Of a stretch of 64,000 nt of DNA, positions 39,781-54,646 are shown piece by piece. Source of the stretch: an uncultured delta proteobacterium (lineage in GTDB: Bacteria > Myxococcota_A > Polyangia > Polyangiales > Polyangiaceae); assembly GCA_963716725.1 (NCBI GenBank), contig CAVQUB010000005.1:544001-608000 (forward strand), written 5' to 3'. A model generated the notes under the pieces. The model was not told the origin of the DNA, searched no databases, and worked only from the letters and a program-made list of their open reading frames with translations. The translations under genes and the position numbers were made by a program. Position 1 is the first letter of the stretch, and every line of letters begins with the position of its first letter.

Positions 39781-41261
39781 GCGGAGCAGACTCGGACGAC
39801 TCGCAGGGCAGGCCTCCCGCCGCAGAAGCGGAAACCGAGCTTGGCAGCTTCGAGTCCGCGGCGGCACGACCGGTCGCACTGCCGTCGGCCGTCACACAGC
39901 TCTCCAACGCGGCTTCGATCCCCGATCAGACGCCGGCCGCGGGGTTCGTGCTCGCAGGCAAGTACCGCCTGACGGAGATGTTGGGGCAGGGCGGGATGGG
40001 AACGGTGTACGCGGCCGAGCAAATTGAGCTCGCCGTGCCCGTCGCGATCAAGCTGATGCACCCCCACGTCGCCGCCCACGCCGAGTACGTCGAGCGCTTC
40101 CGGCGCGAGGCACGGGCGGCGATGCTACTGAATCACCCCAAAGTCGTGCGCGTCATCGACTTCGGGCAGCACGACAAGACCTTCTTCATCGTCATGGAGC
40201 TGATTGAGGGTGAGCCACTCGATCATTGGATCTTCGCGCATCCGGGACCGCCGCCCTTCGCAGACGTCGTTTCCATCATGTGCGATGTGCTCGAAGCGCT
40301 GGAGGCCGCCCACGCGCTCGGCATCGTGCACCGGGATCTGAAGCCAGAAAATATCCTACTGACCCACGACAGCCAGGGTCATCGCTACGCCAAAGTCGTC
40401 GACTTCGGACTGGCGCACGTGGACGCCCCCGACGATGGAAGACCGACGCTGACGCGGGCCGACGCGGTGGCCGGCACTCCCGCCTACATGAGCCCGGAGC
40501 AGAGCCGTTCGCTGCGTGTCAGTCCAGCGGCGGATCTCTACTCGATGGGCTGCATCCTCACCGAGCTCCTGCAGATGTCTCCGCCCTTCGACGGCGCGCC
40601 CATGGAGATCGTTTCGCAGCACTTGTTCATGGCGCCTCCTGCCCTGAAGCGCCCCGATGGCGCCGAGCCGGTGCCGGCGCTGCTCGAGAAGCTACGGCTC
40701 GAGCTCTTGGCCAAGCACCCTCACCAACGTCCGGCAGACGCGGCCGCCGTTCGGGAGCGCTTGCTCGAGGCAATGGACCCAGCGGCCCACGCCAAGCGCC
40801 TTCCGAGTCGCAAGGGCGAGCTCTCCGGCGGCGGACGGCAGGACCGCATCCCCGACTGGAACGAAGCCGAGGCCGCCGGTCCTTCGACCCCGGAGCCCCG
40901 CGAGAGCACCGCCCTCTTGGTCGCCGCCTCGAACTCCAGCCTGCACGACGTCGCGGTCGCCACCGGGCTCGCCGCCCACGGGATCCGGCCGGCGCGAGCA
41001 GAATCAATGGTCGATGCCCTGGCGGCGTCTCCAGACGTCATCGTGCTCGACGCAGTGGGTGACATTGATGCGGCCGTCGCCGCCCTCGCGGCCGGATCCG
41101 CCGGTGTTCCGGTGGTCATCCTGGTCCGGCAGCTCGACCCAGGCTCCATGCGACGCCTGATCGAGGCCGGCGCCGCGGACGTGATCGCTCAGCCCGTGGC
41201 GCCGGACGTGCTGTCGAAGAAGCTGGCCCGCTTGCTGCGGCGCCGCGCTCACAAGAGCTGA
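39777..41261 (+). CDS. Hanks-type Ser/Thr kinase with C-terminal pseudo-receiver domain
   Basis: LGQGGMGTVY, VAIK, HRDLKPEN, DFG, GTPAYMSPE; tail PDVIVLD...PVVIL...AGAADVIAQP; ATGA overlap with the previous gene. Confidence 0.92.
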   Translation: MSGADSDDSQGRPPAAEAETELGSFESAAARPVALPSAVTQLSNAASIPDQTPAAGFVLAGKYRLTEMLGQGGMGTVYAAEQIELAVPVAIKLMHPHVAAHAEYVERFRREARAAMLLNHPKVVRVIDFGQHDKTFFIVMELIEGEPLDHWIFAHPGPPPFADVVSIMCDVLEALEAAHALGIVHRDLKPENILLTHDSQGHRYAKVVDFGLAHVDAPDDGRPTLTRADAVAGTPAYMSPEQSRSLRVSPAADLYSMGCILTELLQMSPPFDGAPMEIVSQHLFMAPPALKRPDGAEPVPALLEKLRLELLAKHPHQRPADAAAVRERLLEAMDPAAHAKRLPSRKGELSGGGRQDRIPDWNEAEAAGPSTPEPRESTALLVAASNSSLHDVAVATGLAAHGIRPARAESMVDALAASPDVIVLDAVGDIDAAVAALAAGSAGVPVVILVRQLDPGSMRRLIEAGAADVIAQPVAPDVLSKKLARLLRRRAHKS

Positions 41262-42127
41262 TACACCAAGCTGACGGCGGTGGACGTGTCGAGCTCCTTC
41301 ACGCCGGGCAGCGGCGCATGGTCGTACTTCAGGCTGAAGGTGGTGCTCAGCGAGAAGTCGCCGCCGATGGCCGAGGTGAGACCGGCGTCCCAGTTCAGGC
41401 GCCAGCGCTCTGTCTCGGGAAGGCCTTGCAGATACTCCAGACCGGTAGTGAATTTGACGTGCTCGTTGAGGGCGTTGTTGTAGCCCGCGAACAGACGACC
41501 GCTGTGCTGCACGTCGGTTTTGTCGACGGGATCGCCACTGGCCTGGGCGGCCGCGACGTTCTCGTCGCGTCGCACGTCGTACTGCAAGTCGTAGCCAATT
41601 TCGGACCAGAGCTGCTGGCTCTTTTGATCGACGAAGTAGTAGGCGACGCCAGGGTCGAGGTTGAGTCGCAAGTCGAGGCCTTGGAAGCGATCACGTCGGG
41701 CCGAGGTCGCCATGAACAGCGCCAGATTACCCGCGATGAAGCGATCGTACCTGACCTTGCCCTGATAGTTCTCGACCGTAGTCTCCATGTCGCCGGCGGG
41801 GTTGGGCGCCGAGCGCGAATAGTTGACGGCTGCGGCAGCGCTCAGCTGGTTCTTCTCACGTCGCACGCGCATGGTGCCGGCGCCGGTTGCCGCCAGCGAG
41901 CGCGAGTTGCCGGTCGTGAGCAGGGCGCCGGCCGAGATCTTTGCCTCCGTCGCGTCCTTCGCTTCGGGGTCGTCCTTGGCGACCGCTTCGAAGCCACTCG
42001 TGGCGACGTCCGTCTTGCCGCTCGTAGCGGCGTCCTGTTTCATCAGCCCCTCAGCTTGAGCAAGCGCTTGTGGAGAGAGAGCGAGCGATGCGCCGAGCGC
42101 GCCGGCAGCGAGGATGAGTTTGTTCAT
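41249..42127 (-). CDS. DUF481 (YdiY-like) outer-membrane beta-barrel
   Basis: TTGNSRS, RYDRF, DRFQGLDLR...GVAYY, DTST.VSLVYQL. Confidence 0.85.
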   Translation of the reverse strand: MNKLILAAGALGASLALSPQALAQAEGLMKQDAATSGKTDVATSGFEAVAKDDPEAKDATEAKISAGALLTTGNSRSLAATGAGTMRVRREKNQLSAAAAVNYSRSAPNPAGDMETTVENYQGKVRYDRFIAGNLALFMATSARRDRFQGLDLRLNLDPGVAYYFVDQKSQQLWSEIGYDLQYDVRRDENVAAAQASGDPVDKTDVQHSGRLFAGYNNALNEHVKFTTGLEYLQGLPETERWRLNWDAGLTSAIGGDFSLSTTFSLKYDHAPLPGVKELDTSTAVSLVYQLL

Positions 42128-42290
42128 GGGGCTTCCGAACGTACGCGAGTCCTAGAGCAATCCCCATGCCGTCCGCGATCCGGCTCTGAATCGGCGGCGC
42201 CAGGACTGGGCTGTTGGCTGGGGGCGCCAGCCTGTCGCATCCAGCCAGCAAGTCCGGCCCGGCCGCGCAGGTCCGCAGCGCTATTGGGCC

Positions 42291-42306
42291 AGGCACGCGG
42301 CTTGCT
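42291..42306 (+). promoter_or_regulatory. sigma-54 -24/-12 motif divergent from the DUF481 gene
   Basis: AGGCACGCGGCTTGCT. Confidence 0.5.
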
Positions 42307-42320
42307 CACCCCGAGCGCCA

Positions 42321-42371
42321 GCCGGTCAGCAGAAGAACAGACGCATCGAGTTCAAGCTGCTCTCGAAGTGA
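42321..42371 (+). pseudogene. Isolated 3' end of an OmpA-domain gene
   Basis: Translates AGQQKNRRIEFKLLSK*, the OmpA C-terminal NRR(I/V)EF motif. Confidence 0.65.
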
Positions 42372-42438
42372 GGCCAGCGCCAGCAGGCGCCGGCAATCAT
42401 CGGCCCCGGGTGTCTTCGCGCTGGGAACGCCCCCGCCC

Positions 42439-43257
42439 TCACCGCCCGCGGGCGACCTTCGCTTCGAGTTCCAGCACCCGGCGCTCGAGTTCTTCGGCGC
42501 GTGCGCGCTCTTGTTCCTTGGCAGCGCGCTCTTGTTCCTTGGCAGCGCGCTCTTGTTCCTTGGCAGCGCGCTCTTGTTCCTTGGCAGCGCGCTCTTGTTC
42601 CTTGGCAGCGCGCTCGATCTCGAGGGGCGTCTGCCAGCGCTGCACAAACCCGGGATCGTCGGCGATCTCGACGCTCTCGCCCGCGACGCGCACCCAGGCG
42701 CCGAGGGCTTCGATCTCGACGGGCCCCCCTCCGCGGTAAACGCAGCGGAACGGTCCGCCGCGATCGCTGCGCCAGAGCTGCAGCGGAACCGGTCCGCCGT
42801 GGGAGCGCGGCCCCTGCAATCGGGCGTCGATCACCCACAGCTCCCGGACGCCCGACACGGCGTACTTGTCTTGCACGACCGCGTAGTCTTTGTACGGGTG
42901 GCCGGGGCTCACGACCTCGATGGCCAGGCGCGGCACGCTGTGGCCTGGCGTCCAGGTGCACAGGCTGGTCAGGTCAGCCGCGCCCGGCGGCGTGGGCTCG
43001 ATCAGGCACAGATCGGGATCCACGCCGACCTTGGGGCGCTCCTGGATCCATCGGAACGCGAGGTTGCGGGCCACGATTGCGTCGCGCTCGGTGCGCTCCA
43101 CCCAGGCCACGAGCAACCCCTTCAAATGCTCGACCAACAGCTCATGAGGGCGCGACTCGGGCACGAGGATCTCCGGCAGCTCCCACGCGTCCGGCACGGA
43201 CCGCACTTCGTAGTGAAGCTCGATCCGCGCGCTCGTTCCGATACCGCTGACCATCAT
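42439..43257 (-). CDS. Uma2-family nuclease-like protein with C-terminal coiled-coil repeats
   Basis: VPESRPH, GVDPDL, LAIEVVS, YAVSGVRELWVID; RAAKEQE x5. Confidence 0.88.
   Translation of the reverse strand: MMVSGIGTSARIELHYEVRSVPDAWELPEILVPESRPHELLVEHLKGLLVAWVERTERDAIVARNLAFRWIQERPKVGVDPDLCLIEPTPPGAADLTSLCTWTPGHSVPRLAIEVVSPGHPYKDYAVVQDKYAVSGVRELWVIDARLQGPRSHGGPVPLQLWRSDRGGPFRCVYRGGGPVEIEALGAWVRVAGESVEIADDPGFVQRWQTPLEIERAAKEQERAAKEQERAAKEQERAAKEQERAAKEQERARAEELERRVLELEAKVARGR
42503..42615. repeat. 21-bp coding tandem repeat x5 plus partial
   Basis: gcgcgctcttgttccttggca, identical units. Confidence 0.95.
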
Positions 43258-43457
43258 CGGTAGCTTACCTCGCCTGGGGAGCGACTTCACGGGCCGCTCG
43301 CCCCCTGCGCAGTGCAGCGCGCATGCCAGGGCGGAGGGCCCGAATTTTCAGCCACGGCGCGCGCTCGCCTGCGCTGGCCGCCGCTGGCCGCCGCTGGCCA
43401 CGCCCTGGCGGTCACCACGCTTGCGTCGCTGCGCTACCCGGGAGAAGACCGCGAGGC

Positions 43458-43670
43458 ATGCTCTGGAACGAAATCCCCCCCGACGCCAAGGGCCCCGTCT
43501 TCGAAGCCCTCGAGCGCGAGGCCGATCGGCTCGAGCGCGACGCGGTTCACCTTCAGAACGCGGCTCAGCAGCTCGGTCGACCCTCGCTCGTCGAGCGGAC
43601 CGAGCTCAGAGCCAATGCCTTCCGTGCCGCCATCGAGGCGCTGGGCGGCCCCGGCATCTTCGACGATTGA
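43458..43670 (+). CDS. Small hypothetical helical protein (70 aa)
   Basis: GAGG before ATG 43458; MLWNEIPPDAKGPVFEALERE...; fills the intergenic gap. Confidence 0.55.
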   Translation: MLWNEIPPDAKGPVFEALEREADRLERDAVHLQNAAQQLGRPSLVERTELRANAFRAAIEALGGPGIFDD

Positions 43671-43697
43671 CCAACCGCCGCGCCTGCCGCCCGCTCG

Positions 43698-45038
43698 CTA
43701 CTTGCGAACGACGACGTGAACCTTCTTCTCGCCGGGCAGGGACACCCCGTGCCAGCCCTCGGGCACCTCTGGCTCGACCCACTGCCAGACGCGCAGCGCG
43801 TCGTGCGGTGACATTTGGATCTGGCCCTGACCGTTCTCGATCCCAAAGCGGTTGTGCCAGGGCGCCCCGATCAGCATCTGCCCGCTCGTGAGCTGGATGG
43901 CCCACGGCGCGTCGTAGACGTCGAACAGCTCCTCGATGCCCTTGGGATTGAACTTGGAGGCCGTCACGTGCTTCCCGCTCAGCTCGAAGCTGCCCTGGGC
44001 CGTCGAGGCTGTGGCTTTGGGATCTCCCAGGCGGTCGCGGCCGGTGCTGACCAGGGTGACGAAGACCGGCTTCTTGCCTTCGTAGAGCACCATCGTGTTG
44101 GTCACGATGCTGACGTCGATCCACTTCTGATCGCCCTCGGCGAAGTCCGGCCAAGCGTTGCGCCGGCGCACGGTGATCACGTCACGGTGTCGCGCGTAGC
44201 GCCCGTCTGCAGTGCCCCAGTATTTGAGCGGGCCGACGGTCCGGAACTTCCCGGTCAGGTGCAAGACCTGATGGAACTCGAGCGGATCGAGCTTGTCGGC
44301 CTCGCCCTTCTCGACCTGCCACGCCCGAACGCCGCGCTTGACCACGAAGGCCACGGGCAGCTCCGTCTTGTCGTTGAGCTCGACGCCTTTGAACTCGCTG
44401 CCGGCGACGGGCTCGAGATCGGTGGCCTTCACGAACTGTCCGCTGGGCGTCAGCGCGAGACGCTGCATCTTGCCCTCGGGGTCCATGGCGTTCCACGAGC
44501 CGACCACCGCAATGATGCTGCGACGCCGGAGCTTGCCGACCTCCTTGACCGCGCTCTCTTTGTCGGTGTCGCGCTCGAAGAGGCCGCTCTCGTTCTTGAG
44601 CCTGCCGTAGACGAAGGGCGCGGGCTGATCGAGCTTGGGCCCCTGAGCCATGGCGACCAGAGTGGGGTGCTTCAGATCGACCGTCGCGGTGTCACCCGCG
44701 CAGACGAAACCCCGGGGTCGCACCGGGTACCAGCCCCCCGGGCACTTGTCGTTGTTGAAGGGCTTCTCTGCCCGCGCGACCAGCGCTCCGGCGTGCAGGT
44801 AGCCGAGCTGCTTGCCGGTCGTCGACGGGCGGTCCATCACCGGCGTCACCTCGGCGACGGCGCCGAGCTTCGGGCCATTGGCTGGCGGGATCGGCACGCT
44901 GGGCACCTCGACCTCCTCCGTCTTCGAGAGCGACGGCAGGTCGTCGTGCTTCTTCGAACAGGCGGGTGCGGTGGCGAAAACGACCAACGCGAGCGTCAGA
45001 GCCCCGGAGGGGACGGCGGTGAACATGCGACGGGCCAT
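43698..45038 (-). CDS. L,D-transpeptidase (YkuD) family lipoprotein lacking the catalytic His and Cys
   Basis: KWIDVSI....VLYEG.KPVFVTLVSTG, T.QG.F....KH, DAPW; active-site region reads LIGAPWHNRFGIENGQGQIQMSP. Confidence 0.8.
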   Translation of the reverse strand: MARRMFTAVPSGALTLALVVFATAPACSKKHDDLPSLSKTEEVEVPSVPIPPANGPKLGAVAEVTPVMDRPSTTGKQLGYLHAGALVARAEKPFNNDKCPGGWYPVRPRGFVCAGDTATVDLKHPTLVAMAQGPKLDQPAPFVYGRLKNESGLFERDTDKESAVKEVGKLRRRSIIAVVGSWNAMDPEGKMQRLALTPSGQFVKATDLEPVAGSEFKGVELNDKTELPVAFVVKRGVRAWQVEKGEADKLDPLEFHQVLHLTGKFRTVGPLKYWGTADGRYARHRDVITVRRRNAWPDFAEGDQKWIDVSIVTNTMVLYEGKKPVFVTLVSTGRDRLGDPKATASTAQGSFELSGKHVTASKFNPKGIEELFDVYDAPWAIQLTSGQMLIGAPWHNRFGIENGQGQIQMSPHDALRVWQWVEPEVPEGWHGVSLPGEKKVHVVVRK

Positions 45039-45139
45039 GCCCTCCGGTGGCATGCGCAGCGCAGATTGGCCCAATTTGCTGCCGAGAACTCCCGAAACTT
45101 TCCCGGGGCCGCGCACGATCCGACCGGCGAAGCCCCAGC

Positions 45140-45994
45140 TCAGTCGCCCGGCACCGGATTTGCGCAGCAACGGATGCCGACGTACTCGTCCCCGGCGCCC
45201 GCGGACATCGTCGCGTCCGACTGGCAACGCGCGTCCTCGAGCGGCGAGACCACGCTGCCTCCACGCAGCCGGCAGGTGCCGTTGCCAGAGTCCGCGGTGT
45301 TGCAGGAGTCCTCCCACTCTGCCACGTTGCCGCTCAGGTCGAGCAAGCCGGTGAAGCCGCCTTCGCACGCGCTGTTCCAGCCGACGTAGTTCGCCTTCTT
45401 GGCGGTCGGGTGCTCCGCCGTAAAGCACCTCATGCTTTCGAAGGTATTGCCGTAGGGGTACGTGCGCTCACCGCCGCGGCTGCACGCGAAATACCACTCG
45501 CTCTCGCCGGGAGCGGCGAACTTGCTGAACTTCGCGGCGCCTCCGCCGGGGCGTCCGCACAGCCGCTGACCCGCCCACTGGCAATACGCCCGAGCATCGC
45601 ACCAGTCCACGTTGACCCGCGGGCGCAGCGAGCGGGGCGTCTTGGAGGCCCACGGGATTTCGTAGTGGGTGTTCGAGGCACAGCCCGCCGGCTGACCGGC
45701 GATGGAGGGATTCTGGTCCAGGAAGTCGGCGTAGTCGTGCTCGGTCACCTCGGTCGAGCCGACGCAGAACCAGCCCGCCGGTGACTCGACGGCGACCAGC
45801 TCCGGCCCCGGGCCGTCCGGGCAGAAGACCGCGAGCCCACCCGAGCCGCCGACGCCGCCCTGTCCGCCGCTCGCACCGGCCGCGCCGCCGTCCGGCGCGC
45901 CGCCTGCGCCTCCGGCCACGACGATGGTCTCCGTCCGGCCGGAACACGCGGCGCCAAACAGGCCGAGCGGCAGCAGCCAAGCGCAGCGCCACAT
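45140..45994 (-). CDS. Formylglycine-generating enzyme-like (SUMF1/PvdO) lipoprotein
   Basis: TEVT, NVDWCDARAYCQWAGQRLC, EW..AC, DLSGNVAEW, RGGS, GIRCC. Confidence 0.9.
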   Translation of the reverse strand: MWRCAWLLPLGLFGAACSGRTETIVVAGGAGGAPDGGAAGASGGQGGVGGSGGLAVFCPDGPGPELVAVESPAGWFCVGSTEVTEHDYADFLDQNPSIAGQPAGCASNTHYEIPWASKTPRSLRPRVNVDWCDARAYCQWAGQRLCGRPGGGAAKFSKFAAPGESEWYFACSRGGERTYPYGNTFESMRCFTAEHPTAKKANYVGWNSACEGGFTGLLDLSGNVAEWEDSCNTADSGNGTCRLRGGSVVSPLEDARCQSDATMSAGAGDEYVGIRCCANPVPGD

Positions 45995-45995
45995 G

Positions 45996-46696
45996 TCAGC
46001 CTCCCCCGCTCAGGTAGGCGTCTCGGTATTTCAGCGCCCAGGCTCTGGCCTCGTCGCACTCGAGGTCGAAGTCGATCTTCGGAGCGAGCTTCCCGACGGT
46101 CTCGCACATCAGCCACTTCTCCGTGGAACACTCGGACTTTGGCCGGTGGTTCATGGACAGCACGTGCCCAAGCTCGTGCGACAGGACCAAGTCGGCGTTT
46201 ACCCCGCCGAGGTTCTCCAGACCAACCACCACAAACCCGGCGTCCGAGCAGCCCGAGTCCTCGGGGTCGCACGCGACGTCTACGACGGGAATGGCCTCGT
46301 GGCACGCTGTGGGCTGCACAGTCCAGTTGAAGATGACCCGCGGGAGGTCGCTGCGCACGCCAGGCAGCGCGTTTGCGAGCGCATCCAGGGAATACAGGCG
46401 GGGGCGGATCTCGTAGGCGGAGTCGCAGAGCAGCTTCTCGGCGCGCCCGTCGAGCCGCTTCAGCTCGAAGCGCTCCCCACTTCGTGTCGTTCAGGCGCTT
46501 CGCCTGCTCCCCGAATGGCGTGTTGGTCAGAAGAACGTCCTCGCTGAGCACCGGGTTGTCCCGATCCACCACGATGCAGTCGCATCCTGGATCCTCGTCG
46601 GCGTTGCCGTTGGCGGCGACGTTCTCGTTGGTCTGACAAGCGCTAGCCCCCAACGCCAGCGCCACTACCCCCCCCCTGCAATAGACGTGCTCGCAT
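45996..46696 (-). CDS. Metzincin-like Zn metalloprotease lipoprotein, frameshifted at two G runs
   Basis: HELGHVLSMNH + WLMC Met-turn; lipobox ASAC; frame changes near 46670 and 46477. Confidence 0.6.
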
Positions 46697-46864
46697 TCTG
46701 ACCTCCCAGTTGGAATGCTACGCGCATGTGAGCGCTTCATCAAGCGAGGGCGCGTGGTCGGCGTCTTGGATGCCTTCGCGCTGGGCTCGAGTGGTGAGAC
46801 CCCAAATGCAGCACGGCCACGCGAGCCGAGACCCACGTGGCCGAGTTGCACCGAGAGCTGGAGC

Positions 46865-47599
46865 TCAGTTGTTGCGCGGGCGCGCCTCGCTCCAGGGCGT
46901 CTTCGGATCACGCACCGCGGTCCGGTCGTAGTTCCACATCACCCGCTGGTAGGGCCGGTTGATGTAGTGCAGGGGTGCCACGATGATGTGCACCAGCCGC
47001 GTGAACGGGAAGAGCGCGAGGATCAGGAAGGCGTTGATGATGTGCAGCTGGATCATCAGCGGCATGGCGCTGACGGCCGTGATCTGCGGATCGAGCTTGA
47101 ACAGCGACCACAGGTAGGGCGAGAGATCCGCGGCAAACCACGAGGCGCCCCAGCGGTACGCCCAGCGCGATCCACAGGCCGAGCACCATCTGCACGAGCA
47201 GCAGCAGCTCGAGCACGACGTCCATGCCGCGTCGTGACCATCTTCACGCGCGGGTTGGTGAGCCGGCGCATGATCAGGCCCAGCAGGCCCACCAGCACGC
47301 TCAGGCCGAAGGCCGAACGCGGTGACCTCGCAGCACGATCAGTCGCAGCGGGTTGCTGTTCCAAGCCAGGATGCCGCTCGGGATCAAGAAGGCGATCAGG
47401 TGGCCGAAGAACACCACCAGGATGCCCGAAGTGAAAGGGCACCGAGCCCCAGAACAGCTGCTTGCCCTCGAGGAACTGCGAGGACAGGGACGAGACCTTG
47501 AAGCCCGTGTTCCGATAGCGCTGAATCGTGCCGATCAGGAAGATGAGCAAGGCGGCGTAGGGGAGGCCTACGAAGAGGAACAGGTTCGGCAGAGTTCAT
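46865..47599 (-). CDS. narI: Respiratory nitrate reductase gamma subunit (cytochrome b), frameshifted
   Basis: SSLSSQFLEGKQLFWGSVPFHFG; LFPFTRLVHI..APLHYI.RPYQ. Confidence 0.9.
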
Positions 47600-47610
47600 C
47601 GTCGTACCTC

Positions 47611-48308
47611 TCACGCGCCCGTGGCGCAGGTGCCGCTGGCTTCGATCCCCATCTCGGCATCGACGGAGCGCTACGAAAGTCGACTTCCTGCTCCATGGGC
47701 AGGCTCGACCTTCAGGCCGAAATCCGCTTGCAGCACCTCGTAGCAGCGCCTCGAGGGCGTGGCGGTAAGCGGTGCGCTGAGCTCGCCCTCGGCGGCTCGA
47801 TGATGGTCTTGTGGTGCTTCTTGTAGATCTCTTCCTTCTTGGCGATGCGTGCGGGCTCGAACTCCCGAATCATCTCGCGCAGCGCCGGCGCCGAGGAGCA
47901 CGCGCACCAGCTCCTCCCGCACCTCACCTGTCCGCCATCTTCGGCAGCAGGCGCAGCACGTTGGGCAGGTGGTCCGCCAGCTCGATGCCGCAGTCGTTGC
48001 TCGGCCTGCGTGTGCTCGGCGCTCAGGTTGGCCAAGAGCGCGCCGCGCTTGTAGTCCTCGCCGAAGAGCGTGTAGCCGATGTCGAGCGAGGTGATGGCCT
48101 GGACGTCGAAGGTGCGCGGTGCAGCTCCTGCAGCGCGAGCAGATCTCCCTGGGCAACAGCCCGCGAGAGTCTCGATGGAGCTCGCGGCGGCGCGGGTAGG
48201 TCGCCCGGCAGATCCGCGGCGATGCCACGGATCCGCTCGGGGAAGCCCGGCGTCGGGCGCCTCGAAGAGAGGCGCCAGCCGCGCGTAGTGTTCGAGATTG
48301 ACGGTCAT
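47611..48308 (-). CDS. narJ: Nitrate reductase chaperone (delta subunit), frameshifted, 3' end uncertain
   Basis: RTFDVQAITSLDIGYTLFGEDYKRGALLA; ELADHLPNVLRLL. Confidence 0.8.
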
Positions 48309-48309
48309 C

Positions 48310-49867
<1,558 letters not shown>

Positions 49868-49884
49868 TTCGTTTCTCCCTGTCC

Positions 49885-53528
<3,644 letters not shown>

Positions 53529-53582
53529 GGCTCTAAATCTCCGTCTCGAATGACTTGGTTCGGGTGAGCGTCAGTGGGGCGC

Positions 53583-54428
53583 TTACTGGGATTTGACCTG
53601 GCGGTCGAAGATGGCTTGGTTGACCGGGCCCGACTTGCGGCGGCGCCAAGTGAACGAGTAGAGGCCCATGAGGACCAGGAACATGGCGACGCCGCCGATG
53701 ACCAGCTTGTTGCCGTAGTCCACCGGCGTCTGCATCGCGCGCTTCTTGTCGACGTCTTGCAGGAACGCCACCAGCGCACGGGTCTCTTCCGGAGTGATCT
53801 GGGCGTTCTTGTAGGCGGCCTCCATCACTGGGAAGGGCGGCTTGCCGAGGATCGCGCTCATGCCGGGCGCGCCCATGCGAGTGAACACCTCGGTGAGGTC
53901 TTTGGCCAACACGCCGCCGCCGATTACGGCGTCGTTCGTCACGTGGTGGCACGAGTTGCAGGCCGCGCCGCCGTTCTTGAGCCGCGTGAGCCCCTGGAAC
54001 AGGCGACCGCCGAGCTCGATGTCCGCCGGCGTGACGGGCGTGGCCGCCGGAGCCGCGCCTGCCGCGTCGCCGGAGCCGCCCGCCTTGATGAATCCGAGGA
54101 CCTCTTTGATCTCCGCTTCCGAGAGCGCCACGTCCGGCATGGGCGTCTTGTTGTGTTCCTCGAAGAGCTTCACCGCGACCGGATCGCCCGAGGCGATCAC
54201 GGTTTGCGACGACTTGATGAATTTGAGCAGCCAGGCCTCGTCCCGGCGTTCGGTCACGCCCTTGAGGTCGGGCCCAACCCGCTTGCCGCCGCCGATGGTG
54301 TGACAAGCGGCGCAGGTGCCGTTGAAACTCTGCTCGCCGGTGGCCTGGGCGGTGCCCATGCCGAGCGAGAAAACCAGGGCCAGAGCGGCGCTCGAAACGA
54401 GCGTGCGCAAGAGCGTGTTCAGATTCAT
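53583..54428 (-). CDS. Membrane-anchored dihaem cytochrome c (NarC-like)
   Basis: Signal peptide, CAACH and CNSCH, GPDL, C-terminal TM; SD GGAGG; 54 bp upstream of narG. Confidence 0.88.
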   Translation of the reverse strand: MNLNTLLRTLVSSAALALVFSLGMGTAQATGEQSFNGTCAACHTIGGGKRVGPDLKGVTERRDEAWLLKFIKSSQTVIASGDPVAVKLFEEHNKTPMPDVALSEAEIKEVLGFIKAGGSGDAAGAAPAATPVTPADIELGGRLFQGLTRLKNGGAACNSCHHVTNDAVIGGGVLAKDLTEVFTRMGAPGMSAILGKPPFPVMEAAYKNAQITPEETRALVAFLQDVDKKRAMQTPVDYGNKLVIGGVAMFLVLMGLYSFTWRRRKSGPVNQAIFDRQVKSQ

Positions 54429-54593
54429 CTTCAGGCCTCCGTTGAGCGGCGTCGCTGCAAGCTCGTCGCCGTCGCTTGGAGGCATAGCCCCGGGCACTTA
54501 CACGGCGCTTACGGCAGATCCTGGCCAAAAGCGCCGTCCATCGGGTGTCAACGGGGTGTCGAGGACGAAGGGAGCGCCCGGCCGAGGGGCCAG

Positions 54594-54607
54594 TTGACGG
54601 ATATCAT
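54594..54607. promoter_or_regulatory. FNR/Crp-like box
   Basis: TTGAC-GGAT-ATCAT versus consensus TTGAT-N4-ATCAA, upstream of the nar operon. Confidence 0.4.
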
Positions 54608-54646
54608 GGGTGGCGGGCACCGGAGGTCGAGGTACCATCGTCAGCC

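Noticed and set aside
54546..54551. Perfect TTGACA -35 box on the minus strand upstream of the nar operon
   Set aside because: No acceptable -10 box at 16-18 bp spacing
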